Positions 40,141-52,248 of a stretch of DNA of 64,000 nt are shown piece after piece. The notes below the pieces were generated by a model. That model made no database searches. It was not told where the DNA came from and was given only the letters and a program-made list of their open reading frames with translations. The stretch spans positions 93,870,001-93,934,000 of the forward strand of contig NC_086108.1 of the NCBI RefSeq assembly GCF_963921235.1, in the 5' to 3' direction. The stretch comes from Mobula hypostoma (taxonomy: Eukaryota). Every line of letters starts with the position of its first letter. Position 1 is the stretch's first letter. The translations under genes were made by a program, and so were the position numbers.

Positions 40141-41122
40141 GTCAAAGAGGATGTTGGAAGGATGGGTGAGATCCTTGATAATACTAAGGGCCCTGCGTAC
40201 ACAGTGCTCCTGACAAATGTCCCTGATGGATGGAAGGAAGACCCCTATGACCCTCGCAGCCATTCTCACATTCCTTTTTTTCCCCAGTCTGATGAAAATT
40301 CATTATCCCATTTCCCTCATTTTCATCACTCATTTTCCAGTCACCACAGTAGTTCCAACTAGCACCACCTTTCCACGATCCAGCAGCCACCTAACCAGTC
40401 ACACTCCAGCAACCCACACTCAACCCCAAGGCTACTTATATTCCAAGCCCCAAGATGGAAATCAGGTGCCTATGATTAACTCACTGAAACGAGGGACAGC
40501 TGGAAGACCCAGAGTCCTGAGTCCATGGACTGGACCGTAAACCAGAATGCGGACTTCACCGACCGGACCATGACATCAAGGATCAGTCCCTTTAGAAGCA
40601 TCTGCTGGATTCTGGTTTCAGTCCACAGTGTTGCAGCAGGTGATAGTATGACTATTATAGGTCAGTCTAGATTGCTCCATGTTGAATGCTAAGGCAATAT
40701 TTTATTGGTTTAGGGTCTCTCCATCAGCAAGGACATCTATATGATGTCTCAAAAAGGCAATATTGATCATTAAGAACCCTCCCCCCCCCCAACATCTGGG
40801 CCAAGCCTTCTCCATTCTTCCATTAGGCAGGAGGTACAGGAGCCTGAAGACCACACCTTTAGGTTCAACAGCACCTTCTTTCCCACTACCATCAGGTTCT
40901 TGAACTGACCTGAATAACCCTAACACGATCTGGAATTTTTTTTCACTTTTAACTTAGATTGATGGCCTTATCTTTTGTTTATTTTGCCTTGTACATTATG
41001 TATACTTTATCTTAATATGTTTATGTTGTAACAACAAGAATTCTGCAGATGCTGGAATTTCAAGCAACACACATCAAAGTTGCTGGTGAACGCAGCAGGC
41101 CAGGCAGCATCTCTAGGAAGAG

Positions 41123-41156
41123 GTCCTGACGAAGGGTCTCCGCCTGAAACGTCGAC
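41123..41156 (+). ncRNA. Minimal type-I hammerhead ribozyme (intact core) at the apex of a fold-back insertion
   Basis: GTC-CTGACGA-AGG GTCTCCG CCT-GAAA-C-GTC^-GAC. Confidence 0.78.
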
Positions 41157-41473
41157 TGTACCTCTTCCTAGGGATGCTGCCTGGCCTGCTGCGTTCACCA
41201 GCAACTTTGCTGTGTGTTGCATGTTTATGTTGTGTTTCTTCTGTTTGCAATGTAGAGTGCTGCTGCTGCAAAAAAGACACAATTTCATGGTATTTATACC
41301 TTGTACATAATATATAGATATAGATATCTGTGAATTTGAATTTTAAGTCGGAGGAAGCTGAGCCGCGGCTCCACGTTACTGCTTTGATGGGCGTCACACA
41401 CAAGATGCTGGAGGAACTCAGCAGGCCAGACAGCAGCTATGGAAAGTAGTCGACGTTTCCGGCCGAGACCCTA

Positions 41474-41665
41474 CAGGGGCAGCCAACCTTTTAGATTCCA
41501 CGCGTCAATTTTTTCACACACGAGTTCAGATGTGCCTTACAGCTCTTGTACCCCCACAATTCTTGTAAAAATATGTTAATATAGAACGTGCGTGAAAAAA
41601 AATCGCATCTGAACTCGTGCGTGAAAAAACCTGACGCATGTAATGTAAAAGGCTGCCCACCCCCG
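41474..41665. mobile_element. Palindromic hAT-type MITE directly upstream of the GCLM core promoter
   Basis: CAGGGGCAGCCAACCTTTT / AAAAGGCTGCCCACCCCCG termini; internal inverted arms CACGAGTTCAGATG / CATCTGAACTCGTG. Confidence 0.7.
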
Positions 41666-41914
41666 CTTCCTCAGGACCATGGGGCGGCGCTTCCCGCTCT
41701 GCTGCTGACATTGCGCAGTGAGCGGCGTTTGCGGACCGAAGGGGCGGGGCCGTGGCTCTGCAGAGGGCGGGGCCATTTCGCAGAGTGACAGGCCGTCAGC
41801 CAGCGTCGCGATTGGATCGGGGTCGGTCGGTGACGCGAGCCGGCGGCTGCACGTTTTGCGACGGACGGGGCAGAAGAAGGGGAGCGAGGGCTCGGTACGG
41901 CAGCTGCCGCCGCG
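41666..41914 (+). promoter_or_regulatory. GCLM: GCLM CpG-island promoter / 5' UTR
   Basis: GC boxes GGGGCGGGGC (41741) and GAGGGCGGGGC (41763); inverted CCAAT (ATTGG, 41811); ARE core TGACATTGC (41706-41714) within TGCTGACATTGC; no TATA seen. Confidence 0.8.
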
Positions 41915-42049
41915 ATGTCGGACCCCGGCGTTCAGGTGGTGGCCGGCAGACAGCTATTCGCTCAGGCTTCGGCCGTCTCCATCCACACCGGAAACATCGT
42001 TAACTGGAGCCGGCTCAAGAAGAAGTGCCCGACCTCGCCGAGCGAGGAG
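41915..42049 (+). CDS. GCLM: GCLM coding exon 1 (MSDPGVQVVAGRQLFAQASAVSIHTGNIVNWSRLKKKCPTSPSEE)
   Basis: Resembles the vertebrate GCLM N-terminus (LHLQTGNLLNWGRLRKKCPSTHSEE); CpG-rich context; donor GAG|GTGAGC; 135 nt, phase 0. Confidence 0.96.
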
Positions 42050-42234
42050 GTGAGCGGAGGGTGGCCGCGGCTACTGGGGTTGAGGTTGGGTGGGGGGAAC
42101 GGTCGTGACCGGCCAGCGGGAAGCCCAGATCTTTCCGCCATTCAGATGCCGATAAGCTGGTGGGCAGGGGCGGTCTCCGGGTGCCGCGCCTGTCTGCTTT
42201 AGCCCCTCGCTCACTCTCTCTCGCTCTCTTGCAG

Positions 42235-42300
42235 TTGCAGGACTGTATCCGTGAGACTCTGGAAAAGTGGTGCACCCAGGTCAACCCAGAGCTCCTGGAG
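42235..42300 (+). CDS. GCLM: GCLM coding exon 2 (LQDCIRETLEKWCTQVNPELLE)
   Basis: Pyrimidine tract + GCAG acceptor, donor GAG|GTGAGT; matches LHDCIQKTLNEWSSQINPDLVR; 66 nt. Confidence 0.95.
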
Positions 42301-45300
42301 GTGAGTGTATCTTCACCTACGTTCCCAGCGTTTCCTTACAGTGATAGCCACTTGCTTTCAAGCGATGCTGTCTCAAAGCATCAGTACTGAAGGTAAACAG
42401 TCCTCTCAGAGAATGACAGGGAGCGCCAAGCCATTCAGGCCAGAACTGTTATGCTCTGAAGATGGTTTATATGTTGCCAACCATTTGCACAAACATGAGA
42501 CATTTATTCTTCAGGATTTATGTTTACTGTAGCCAGTGGAAGATCTGGCCACTGTTGCACACATTTCTTTTTGTTAATTGTAATTTTCAAAGTCAGTGTT
42601 ACCTGATTGATATATATATTTTTTTACACCTTTGATCCCTTTGCTGATATTTGGAGCTGTGAAATTCCCCTTATATGGAGTAGAATTTTACTTCTATTCA
42701 AAAGAAAAGTCTTACATCCTCCATATTTTTCCACACTTGGCACACTCTCCGAAGTTCCACTCTAGAGAACTGAGTACGCACATTTAGACTGACACCGTTT
42801 CACTTCAGGGATTAAAGCTGTCCTCGTTTATCGTTTTGGTTAAGTGTAAAAGATGGAATGATTTCAAAGATGTAAATTTTGCTGGTGTTCTGGCCAATTC
42901 TTATGCTGTAACTTAAAAAATGTTCACTGTGATCTGGTGGGAAGTTGCTGTGGTATTTTACACAAGTACATTTCAAAGGTAATCCATTGGCAATGAAGCA
43001 CTGTGGTACCACCAGACCATGAAAGGTGCTATATAAATGCATGTTTTCCTCCTCCTGCTGCATTGACTTCCCTCCCTTCTACACATCTGAAATAAAATGT
43101 TTTTTTTCTTTTCACACTAAACTAATTTTGTAGGGAGTTTCCCTTTTTTATGTGACACTTTAAATTTCAGCAATTTTTTTGCTTTCCTGGAAGACATTTT
43201 CAGGATTAATTGTCCATAACATCTTTGAACTCTCCAATCCTGGGAATAGTATGACCATTGTGGTTTATAGTTCATTAACCATGATCCATGACCCACTTTT
43301 CTAACTAAGTTTTGGTTCTCATTTTATGATTCTTTTATTTGTACTTGGATAGTTATAAATTAACGTTTAATTTAACTATTTCAGTTTTTGAAACAATACA
43401 TTGGATATTGTTGTATATGTGTTTTTTTTTAATTTCTCTCCTGGCTGTCAATGAAGTACTGAATTATATTATATTAACTTTTCCGGTTTACTTAAGCATA
43501 ATGTCTTGTGACAAGCTTGGCTGATTTTGAGGAGGCAGAGAGTACAATGTCCCTTTTATTCTTACTAACAGTTCTGTACTTTGCCTAAGTTATCACTCAT
43601 TCTACATTAGAGCAGGGATGATCAAACGCTACAGTTTTGTTTTTAAGTATGCTGATGATATAAATTAGTGTTTTAATTTTGGACTGAACTAACTAATGGG
43701 AGAAGTGTGAGGTGGTTCATAGTTGGGAGGGGGAAAACTCAACTGAGCCAGTTGAATGAAATATTGTGGCTACATTCAGAGATCGGAGGTGGAGTCATTT
43801 TCGAACACCTTCAAATTATTTCCATCAACCAGGCACGCATCAGAATTATGATGGGAGATGCTCTGCTGTCTCTGAGTGTTCCAATCTGTGCCCTAAATAT
43901 TCATTTTCTCCAATAATGTATTGTGGTTGCAGTTTGTTACATCCTGAGAAATCTATTGCCAAGGCTATTCCAGCAGTACTTTCCAAACTCAATACTACTT
44001 ACAGCATAAAGAACCTCCACTTTAAATATACCCTGTGACTTGGCCTCTACAGCCATCTGTGACAATGAATTTCACAAATTTGCTTTAATCTTATTGTTTA
44101 TCAAAATCCTATCTACTTCTGATTTAAGTATTTAGAAACTATGCTTCTGTGTCCCTTGAAACCAATTCCAAAGTGAGAAGATCTTCCCAAAATATATTTT
44201 GCTTAATCTGCTCTTAAATGTGTGACCCCCTTATTTTAAAATAATGACCACCTAGTTCTAGATTCTCCAACAAGAAACATCCTTTTCACGTCTTCCATGT
44301 CAAGTAGTCTCAGGATTTCATATGTTTTAATCAAGTTCTCCATCTTCAAAACGCTAACAGATTCAAGTCTAGCTCAGACAACCTACCCTTTCCAGGTATT
44401 AGTCTAATAAAGTTACTCTGAACTACTTCAAAAATATCAAAATCTGTCCAGTAAGGAGAGCAGTACTTCTGAAGTGATGTCATCAATGGTCTGTATAACC
44501 GAAACATAATCTCCCCAATTTTCATTCAGTTATCCTTGCAATAAATATTCTGTTAGCTTTTTTTCTTTTCAAATCTTTATTATTATAATCCAAAATTAAC
44601 ACGAGTACATCGAAGTAAGCAACACTTACAATGTCTCAAGAAAAAAGACATTATTTTAAAGATTGAAAAATTTTGGTGATTTTTTAAAAAAAACCTACTA
44701 AGCAAGAAAAAGTGGGGGTGGGGGGGGGGAGAAGCCCTGTTAAGTGTTCCAACCCAGAGCCATGTGTCATACAAAAAGCTTCTAAAGATAAACATCAAAC
44801 TGCCAGCAAGAAAAAAAAAGTACCAAAAATTTACAGTTGGATCGTGGAGGAAATCTATCAGTTAACTCAGATGATAATAACGAGCAAATGAACCCCATCT
44901 TTTCTCAAAATCAAACATAGGTTCAACGGTTTGACTTCTAACTTTCTCCAAACTAAGACATGGCATCACTTGAGAGAATCGTTGTGACAAAGTGGGAGAT
45001 GATGTGTCCTTCCACTTCAGCAAAATGGCCTTCCAAGCTATCAATGTAACAAATGCAATAACATGTTGGTCAGACGCAGAGATACCACGGATATTTTGAG
45101 GAATTATTCCAAAAAGTGCAGTTAATTTGTTAGGTTGTAAATTAATTTTAAGTGCTTTAGAAATTGTTGAAAAAACTGACTTCCAGAATTTTAAGCTTTC
45201 TTAATTAAATGTACTTAAAAATGAGACATCATGCACTTGAGCATTCAGATTTCTCTGCACCTCAACACCATATTATCTAGTAGGTTTAAATTTTCTTACT

Positions 45301-46756
45301 GTGACACTAATTTTTCCCACAGCCTATCTACATCCCTTTATAAGCTTCTTGTGTTGCCTTAACAACTTTCTTAGTGTCTTCATGAAATTTAGCTACCATA
45401 TCCTTGCCTTTGTTCATGTTATTTATATAAACTGTAAAAATAGAAGTTTTGGCATTGATCATAGGCACACCACTCCTGCTAACAAGAAAAAGAACATTCT
45501 CTTCTACACTGCTTCCTGTTAGCCAACCAATGTTTTGTCAACCATGCAATTTTATTTTTCAGAAAAACATTTAATACAACATCTTATCAAAAGTATTTTA
45601 GAAATCTAGGCGTAGTGTACCAGTTCCTCTTTGACCACAACACATGTAACATCTCTAGAGAATTCTTCCACAAAACCGTACAGGCATTTGCTGAGGATTT
45701 TGTGTAGAAGCTTGTAGCATTTTCTCAATGATAGGCTGACAGGTCTGCAGCTTCCTTTTTTTTTAAGAATAATGCACGCAAAATGCTAGAAGAACTCAGC
45801 AGGTTGGGTTGTATCTATGGAGAGGGGAATAAACAGTCAACATTTTGAGCTGAGCCCCTTCATCAGGACACTAATGAAGGGTCTCAGCCGGAAACTCTCA
45901 TCACTGTCCTGATGAAGGGCTCAGCTCAAATCATCACCTGTTTTATTTCTCTCCATAGGTACTGCCTGATAATTTTCCTGAGCTCCTCCCTCACTTCCAA
46001 TTCCCAATTCAGAACAATTTCTTGATATCAATGATTTGAGAAAACTACCTTTTCGCTTTGCACAGAGCTAGCTAGTTCTGATGTAAAACCCATAACATCA
46101 ACTCAGTTTTACTCTTTCCGTGTAATGTCTTATGTGCTGTATAATTCCAGCACCCTTTTTGTTTCGAATCTTCAGTTATTGCAATATTTTCATGTTTTTA
46201 TTCTCTCATTCTTCTATATCTCAAATCAATTTTCACTTAGACATTCTCGGCAATCCCTCCTCTCCCCTGAAATTTAAAACATAAAATAAGCTGTTAACCA
46301 TTTGGAACATTTAACTGTGTTTTTATCTGCACAGGTGCTCCCTAACTTGAATCTATCCAGTACTTTCTATTTTATACTGGGATTAGAATAGCCTGCTGTC
46401 AGATTAATTTCAGAACGTACAGCTTTACGAAACTACGAATTCCTTTTGACAACTTTTGTAGTCTATATGTAGATAAAAATCACCATAATTAAGACTGTAC
46501 CTTCCTGACAAACTCCTATTACTTATCCTTCTATTCCCCCATCTGTGTTTTAAGCAGTGCGTTGAGTATAAGTAAGAAAGTTAATTTGATATGATATAGG
46601 TTTGGTGATGAGCATCAATATCTTGGCCCAGTCTTTGTAGACGGAAGCGCAGCACTATATCTGGGTCATACCTCAGGTGACTATTATTGTTTCATCGCCT
46701 TTCTCATCCTATTATATGAGCCAAATGTAGAAATCTGAGACTGTCGTAAAGGAAAT

Positions 46757-47460
46757 AAGACAATGAGATGCAGGAGCAGAATTAGGCTATTTGGCCCGTG
46801 GGGTCTGCTCCGCCATTTCATCATGGCTAATCCAATTTTCCCCTCAGCCCCAATCTCCTGCCTTCTCCCTGTATCCTTTGCCCTGACCAATCAAGAATCT
46901 ATCAACCCCTGCCTTAAATATACACAAAGACTTGGCCTCAACAGCTGCCTGTGGCAAAGAATTCCACAGATTCACCACTCTCTGGCTAAAGAAATTCCTT
47001 CTCATCTCTCTTCTGAAAGGACATCCCTCTATTCTGAGGCTATGTCCTCTGGTCTTAGACTGTCCAACCATAGGAAACATCCTCTCCACATCGCAGCTGA
47101 TTTATTTTCCCTCTCAACACTGTTCTCCTGCCTTCTGCCCCTAACATTTGATGCCTTCACTAATCAAAATCATATCAACCTCTGCTTTAAATATACCCAG
47201 TGACTGGGCCTTCTCTCCTTCTGTGCAATGAATTTCAGAGATTGACCACCCTCTGGTTAAAGAAATTCCTCCTCATCTTTGTTGTAAAGAGAGGTCCTTC
47301 TATTCTGAGGCTGTGCCTCCTGGTCCTAGACTCTTCCACTATTAGAAACATCCACTCTATGTCCAGTAGGTTTCAATGAGGTCCCTGCCCACCCCCCCCC
47401 CCACTGCCCCAATTCCAGCAAGTATAGGTCCAAAGCCATCAAACACTCCTTGTGTGTTAA
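46757..47460 (-). mobile_element. CR1 LINE 3' fragments (tandem) in GCLM intron 2
   Basis: RRNFFSQRVVNLWNSLP motif, present twice. Confidence 0.8.
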
Positions 47461-48570
47461 GATAGAGGGTAGTGGTAGGTGTTAGTCTGGTTGGATGATT
47501 GTTACCAGTGATGTTCTGCTGGGATCAGTTGTGGGACCTCTATTTGCATGTATGGAAATTATAGATTAGTTAGTAAGGTTGTTGATAACACAAACTGGTG
47601 GAGTTGTGAATCACTGAGTAGCTTCAGTGTGAAGAGGGCATGTCCTGGGTGGTGGGGATCCTGAATGATGGACGCCACCTTTCTAAAGCACCGCTCCTTA
47701 ATGATGTCTGGGATAACATGGAGGGTAGTACTCATGATAGAACTGACTAATTTTACAAGTTTCTGCCAGTTCGATCTCATACAGTAGCCCTCCCACCCCC
47801 CCCCACCCTCCAAAACACGCAATACCAGATGGTGATGTAGCCAGTCAAAATGCTCTTGGTGTTAGACAAGTTACGTGCAGTTCTGTAAAACTTTAGTCAG
47901 GTCATACTTGGAGTATTGTATAATTTTGGTCCTCCCATTATAGAAAAGATGTGGAGCCTTTAGAGAGTGTGCAGTTGAGATTCACCAAGATGCTGTTGGA
48001 TTAGAGGAAAAATAGATACAAGAAGAGGTTGGATAAACTTGGGTTGTTTACTTTGGAGTCTTGGCAGTTGATGTGAGATCTGTTAAAGTTTATAAAGTTA
48101 AGAGAAGTAGAGACAGTAGATAATCAGTCTTTTTCCCAGGGTCAAAATGTCAAATACTAGAGTGCAGAGCTTAAAGTAAAAGGGAGAAAGTCAAAAGGGG
48201 ATGTGCAGGGCAAGATTTTTTTTACACAGTGGATTGTGTTGCTAGTAGTAGTAGTAGCAGTAGATGCAACAGTGGTGTTTAGTAGACTTTTTAACGTGCA
48301 CATGAATATGCAAAGAATGGATCAAGTACAGGAAGAAGGGATTAGTTTCATTTGGCATCATGCTTGATGCAGATGTTGTGGGCCAAAGGGCCTTTTCCTG
48401 TGGTGTGCTCTGCTAATGTACTGTCTTCACCCATTTCAGTCAGAAAACATGATCAGAATTTTAGAAATATACCATTTGTAACTCTCGCCTATTTGAACAA
48501 ACACCGGAGAGCTTTATCATCTCTAGTTTCTAATCTACCAAATTTATTGTCTCCCTTTGATTTGTTGCAG

Positions 48571-48655
48571 GATCCACCTGCTACACTGGAATGTGCTCTT
48601 ACTCAGGACGTAGACTCAATAAGCCCTGAAGAGAGGGAGGAAGTGAAAGTGTCAG
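48571..48655 (+). CDS. GCLM: GCLM coding exon 3 (DPPATLECALTQDVDSISPEEREEVKVS)
   Basis: TTGCAG acceptor, CAG|GTAAT donor; matches EFPDVLECTVSHAVEKINPDEREEMKVS; 85 nt. Confidence 0.95.
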
Positions 48656-49118
48656 GTAATGTAGGAACATGAACGACGTGGGTTGCTTGTCAGTATCCTG
48701 TTGAATTTAATGTGGGAACATCAAAATACTCTTCACTACATTTCCTGCACTAAAGCCGGCTATAGAAACTATGAACTGAACAATAGGAAGGTGTTGCCTC
48801 AGAGCAAGGAAGGAATAGGATAGGATAGGGGACTGGGAAATGGTAGTTTTGCTTTGTGGTCTTGGTTGAGCTGTCCTCCAGGTCTACCTGCTGGGAAAGG
48901 ACTTGAGTTGCTGTGGATCTTAGCTGCCAGTTTTATCAAGTACTGCGAAATCTGGGCCATTCATTGTTGGCACATATGTGGTGGGCTGAAGAGCTTGTCC
49001 TTGTGCTATATGATATCTTTATTAAATTTAAATAGCTGGAAAATCTGAGGAAACCAATCCCTTCGAAATTATTTTCACCATTCCATTTCTCCAACACAAA
49101 GAATGCACATGGAATAGA

Positions 49119-50781
49119 GCAACACACATAAAAATTGCAGGTGAACGCAGCAGGCCAGGCAGCATCTATAGGAAGAGGTACAGTAGACGTTTCGGGCCGA
49201 GACCCTTTGTCAGGACGAATTGAAAGAAGAGATTTGAAAGTGGGAGGGGGAGATCCAAAATGATAGTGGGGGAGGGATGGAGCTAAGAGCTGCAAAGTTG
49301 ACTGGCAAAAGGGATGTGAGAGGATCTTGGGACAGGAGGCCTAGGGAGAAAGAAAGGGGGAGGGGGGAAGCCCAGAAGATGGGCCAGGAGTATAGTGAGA
49401 GGACAGAGGGAGAAAAAGGAGAGAGGGGAAAAAAAAATTAGTAATAACGGATGGGGTACAGCTTATCTACTGATGTCTACTATAAGCCTATGAACTCTCA
49501 CAGCTACCTGGACTATTCCTCTTCTCACCCTGTCTCTTGCAAAAATGCCATCCCCTTCTCGCAATTCCTCCGTCTCCGCCGCATCTGCTCTCAGGATGAG
49601 GCTTTTCATTCCAGGATGAAGGAGGTGTCCTTTTTTTAAAGAAAGGGGCTTCCCTTCCTCCACCATCAACTCTGCTCTCAAACGCATCTCTCCCATTTCA
49701 CGCACATCTGCTCTCACTCCATCCTCCCACCACCCCACTAGGAATATGGTTCCCCTTGTCCTCACCTACCACCCCACCAGCCTCTGGGTCCAACATATAA
49801 TTCTCCGTAACTTCCGCCACCTCCAACAGGATCCCACCACTAAGCACATCTTTCCCTCCCCCTCCCCCTCTGCTTTCTGCAGGGATCGCTCCCTATGTGA
49901 CTCCCTTGTCCATTCGTTCCCCCTCCCCCCCCCACATCCCTTCCCACAGATCTCCCTCCCAGCACTTATCCTTGTCAGCGGAACAAGTGCTACACATGCC
50001 CTTACACTTCCTTCCTCACCACCATTCAAGGCCCCAGACAGTCCTTCCAGGTGAGGCAACACTTCACCTGTGAGTCGGCTGGGGTGATGTACTGCGTCCG
50101 GTGCTCCCGATGCGGCCTATATATTGGCGAGACCCGAAACAGGCTGGGAGACTGTTTCGCTGAACACCTACGGTCTCTCCATCAGAGAAAGCAGGATCTC
50201 CCAGTCGCCACACATTTTAATTCCACATCCCATCCATTCCCATTCTGATGTGTCTATCCACAGCCTTCTCTACTGTAAAGATGAAGCCACACTCAGGTTG
50301 GAGGAACAACACATATTCAGTCTGGGTAACCTCCAACCTGATGGCATGAACATTGACTTCTCTAACTTCTGTTAATGCCCCACCTCCCCTTTGTACCCCA
50401 TGAGTTATTTATTTATTTTCTCTCTCTCCTTTTTCTCCCTCTGTCCCTCTCACTATACTCCTTGCCCATCCTCTGGGCTTCCCCCCTCCCCGTTTCTTTC
50501 TCCCTAGGCCTCCTGCCTCATGATCCTCTTGTATCCCTTTTGCCAATCAACTTTCCAGCTCTTAGCTCCATCCCTCCTCCTCCTGTCTTCTATCATTTCG
50601 GATCTCCCCCTCCCACTTTCAAATCTCTTACTATCTCTTCTTTCAGTTAGTCCTGACGAAGGGTCTCGGCCCGAAACATTGACTGTACCTCTTCCTAGAG
50701 ATGCTGCCTGGCCTGCTGCGTTCACCAGCAATTTTTGTGTGTGTTGCTTGAAATTCTAGCATCTGCAGATTTCCTCGTGTT
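49119..50781 (+). mobile_element. Penelope-like element with an inverted 5' copy of its 3' repeat, in GCLM intron 3
   Basis: Minus-orientation 3' repeat 49119-~49458, then plus RT C-terminus/GIY-YIG and 3' repeat; 15-bp TSD TGCACATGGAATAGA (49104-49118 / 50782-50796). Confidence 0.92.
50649..50684 (+). ncRNA. Minimal hammerhead ribozyme (AUU triplet), sense to GCLM pre-mRNA
   Basis: AGTC CTGACGA A GGG TCTCGG CCC GAAA C ATT GACT. Confidence 0.65.
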
Positions 50782-52191
50782 TGCACATGGAATAGAACCG
50801 TGTTCAGCATTTCCCATTGGTGTGTGGTGAAAGGGGTGGTGTGTTTGCAGGCGGTAAGGGTTGAAGTGCCGCTTTCCTGTTTGAGACTAAGGCATTTTCT
50901 CCTGTTATTTCTTCTCTTCCCTCAATTTTAGTTAAATGTTACTATTCTCAATTATAAGAGCAGGGGATCTAACGAACTAAATTTAGGAAATCATGGAGAA
51001 ATTAACTTGTCTCCACGAGTTATGGTTGTGATGATTCTAATAACTTTGCCTTCAAGTTAGAAAGAGAAAGGAAAAGAATAAGGCAAGCAGGTGGAGGTTA
51101 AACATTATCCTTAATTCAAGAAGTCTACTTCTGTGCTGTAAGTTCATACTGCTTTTGGAAAAACACATCATACCTCCCTCATTCCTACAAAATGATCAAA
51201 ATCTGATGCTTGTTACCAATTCACTGACAGCTGAAAACCTTGCAGTATGTACCTTCAAGCCTGATTTGTAATCTTTAATCCACCATTCTATGGGGAAAAA
51301 AGCCAGCAGTATGATGAAGGTTCCCACACCCTGCTTATGGACTGTTTGTCCCACTCCCATCAGTAAAAACGCTCCGCGGCATCCCCACCAGGACCACTGG
51401 ACTCAAAGAAAACAGTTACATCTTCCAAGCCTCCACCCCACCACTACTACGTACATCACCTAAAGTCACTGTGTATGTAACAGTTACTTGTCCATTGTGT
51501 TTTATAGGATTGCTTTTATATCTATTGTTTTTAAATTGTGTTCTTTATGCTGATTTTTTAAAATTCTGCATCAGATCCAGTGTGACAATCATTTTCTTCT
51601 CCTTTACAATAGTGTACTGAAGAATGATAATAAGGAGTCTTGACTCTTAATGTAGTTCTAGTTTTTCCAATTTACATTATGATATTGTTTCTCAGGTGAA
51701 TTTATTTTCCCATTTTTCCATCTCCATTGCTCCCAGAGCTACAGCCAAGGCTGAACAAATACATCTTTCAAGCTCATCATTTCATCACTCTCATTTTCAA
51801 TGCCACAGAATTCACTTTCTCTTTATGCCTACTTCAATGTTCAGTCTCCATTCTCAATCTCGTACTCTTCAGTAGAAAAACCACATCCTTTTCTGATTCC
51901 CAAACCATTTTCCAAGTAAGTGCTGCCCATACTGCTCTTGTCACTAAATGGAACCAAACACAGTCAACCTCAGGAATTACAAAGATGCAACTTAATGGTG
52001 TTGTGGAGTGTGTTGACTAGCTAACTGATAAAGAGCTTTGACTTGCAGGTGCATCTGTTTTGTGTGAACAGTATATTGTAGTTAAATGATTTGTGTTTAC
52101 ATTTGTATGTTCAAAATGACTTGTTAGCTACAATATTTTATTCTATAGTAGCAATTACTTCTGGAGTCAATCAATTATTTTTTTAATGCAG

Positions 52192-52248
52192 CCAAACTTT
52201 TCCTCAATGATCCTGACTCCTCAAGCATTAAGGATGCTGTGGAAAAAG
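52192..52248 (+). CDS. GCLM: GCLM coding exon 4 (AKLFLNDPDSSSIKDAVEK)
   Basis: TTTTAATGCAG acceptor, AAG|GTATGT donor; matches AKLFIVESNSSSSTRSAVDM; 57 nt, phase fits both neighbours; not in the ORF track. Confidence 0.93.
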
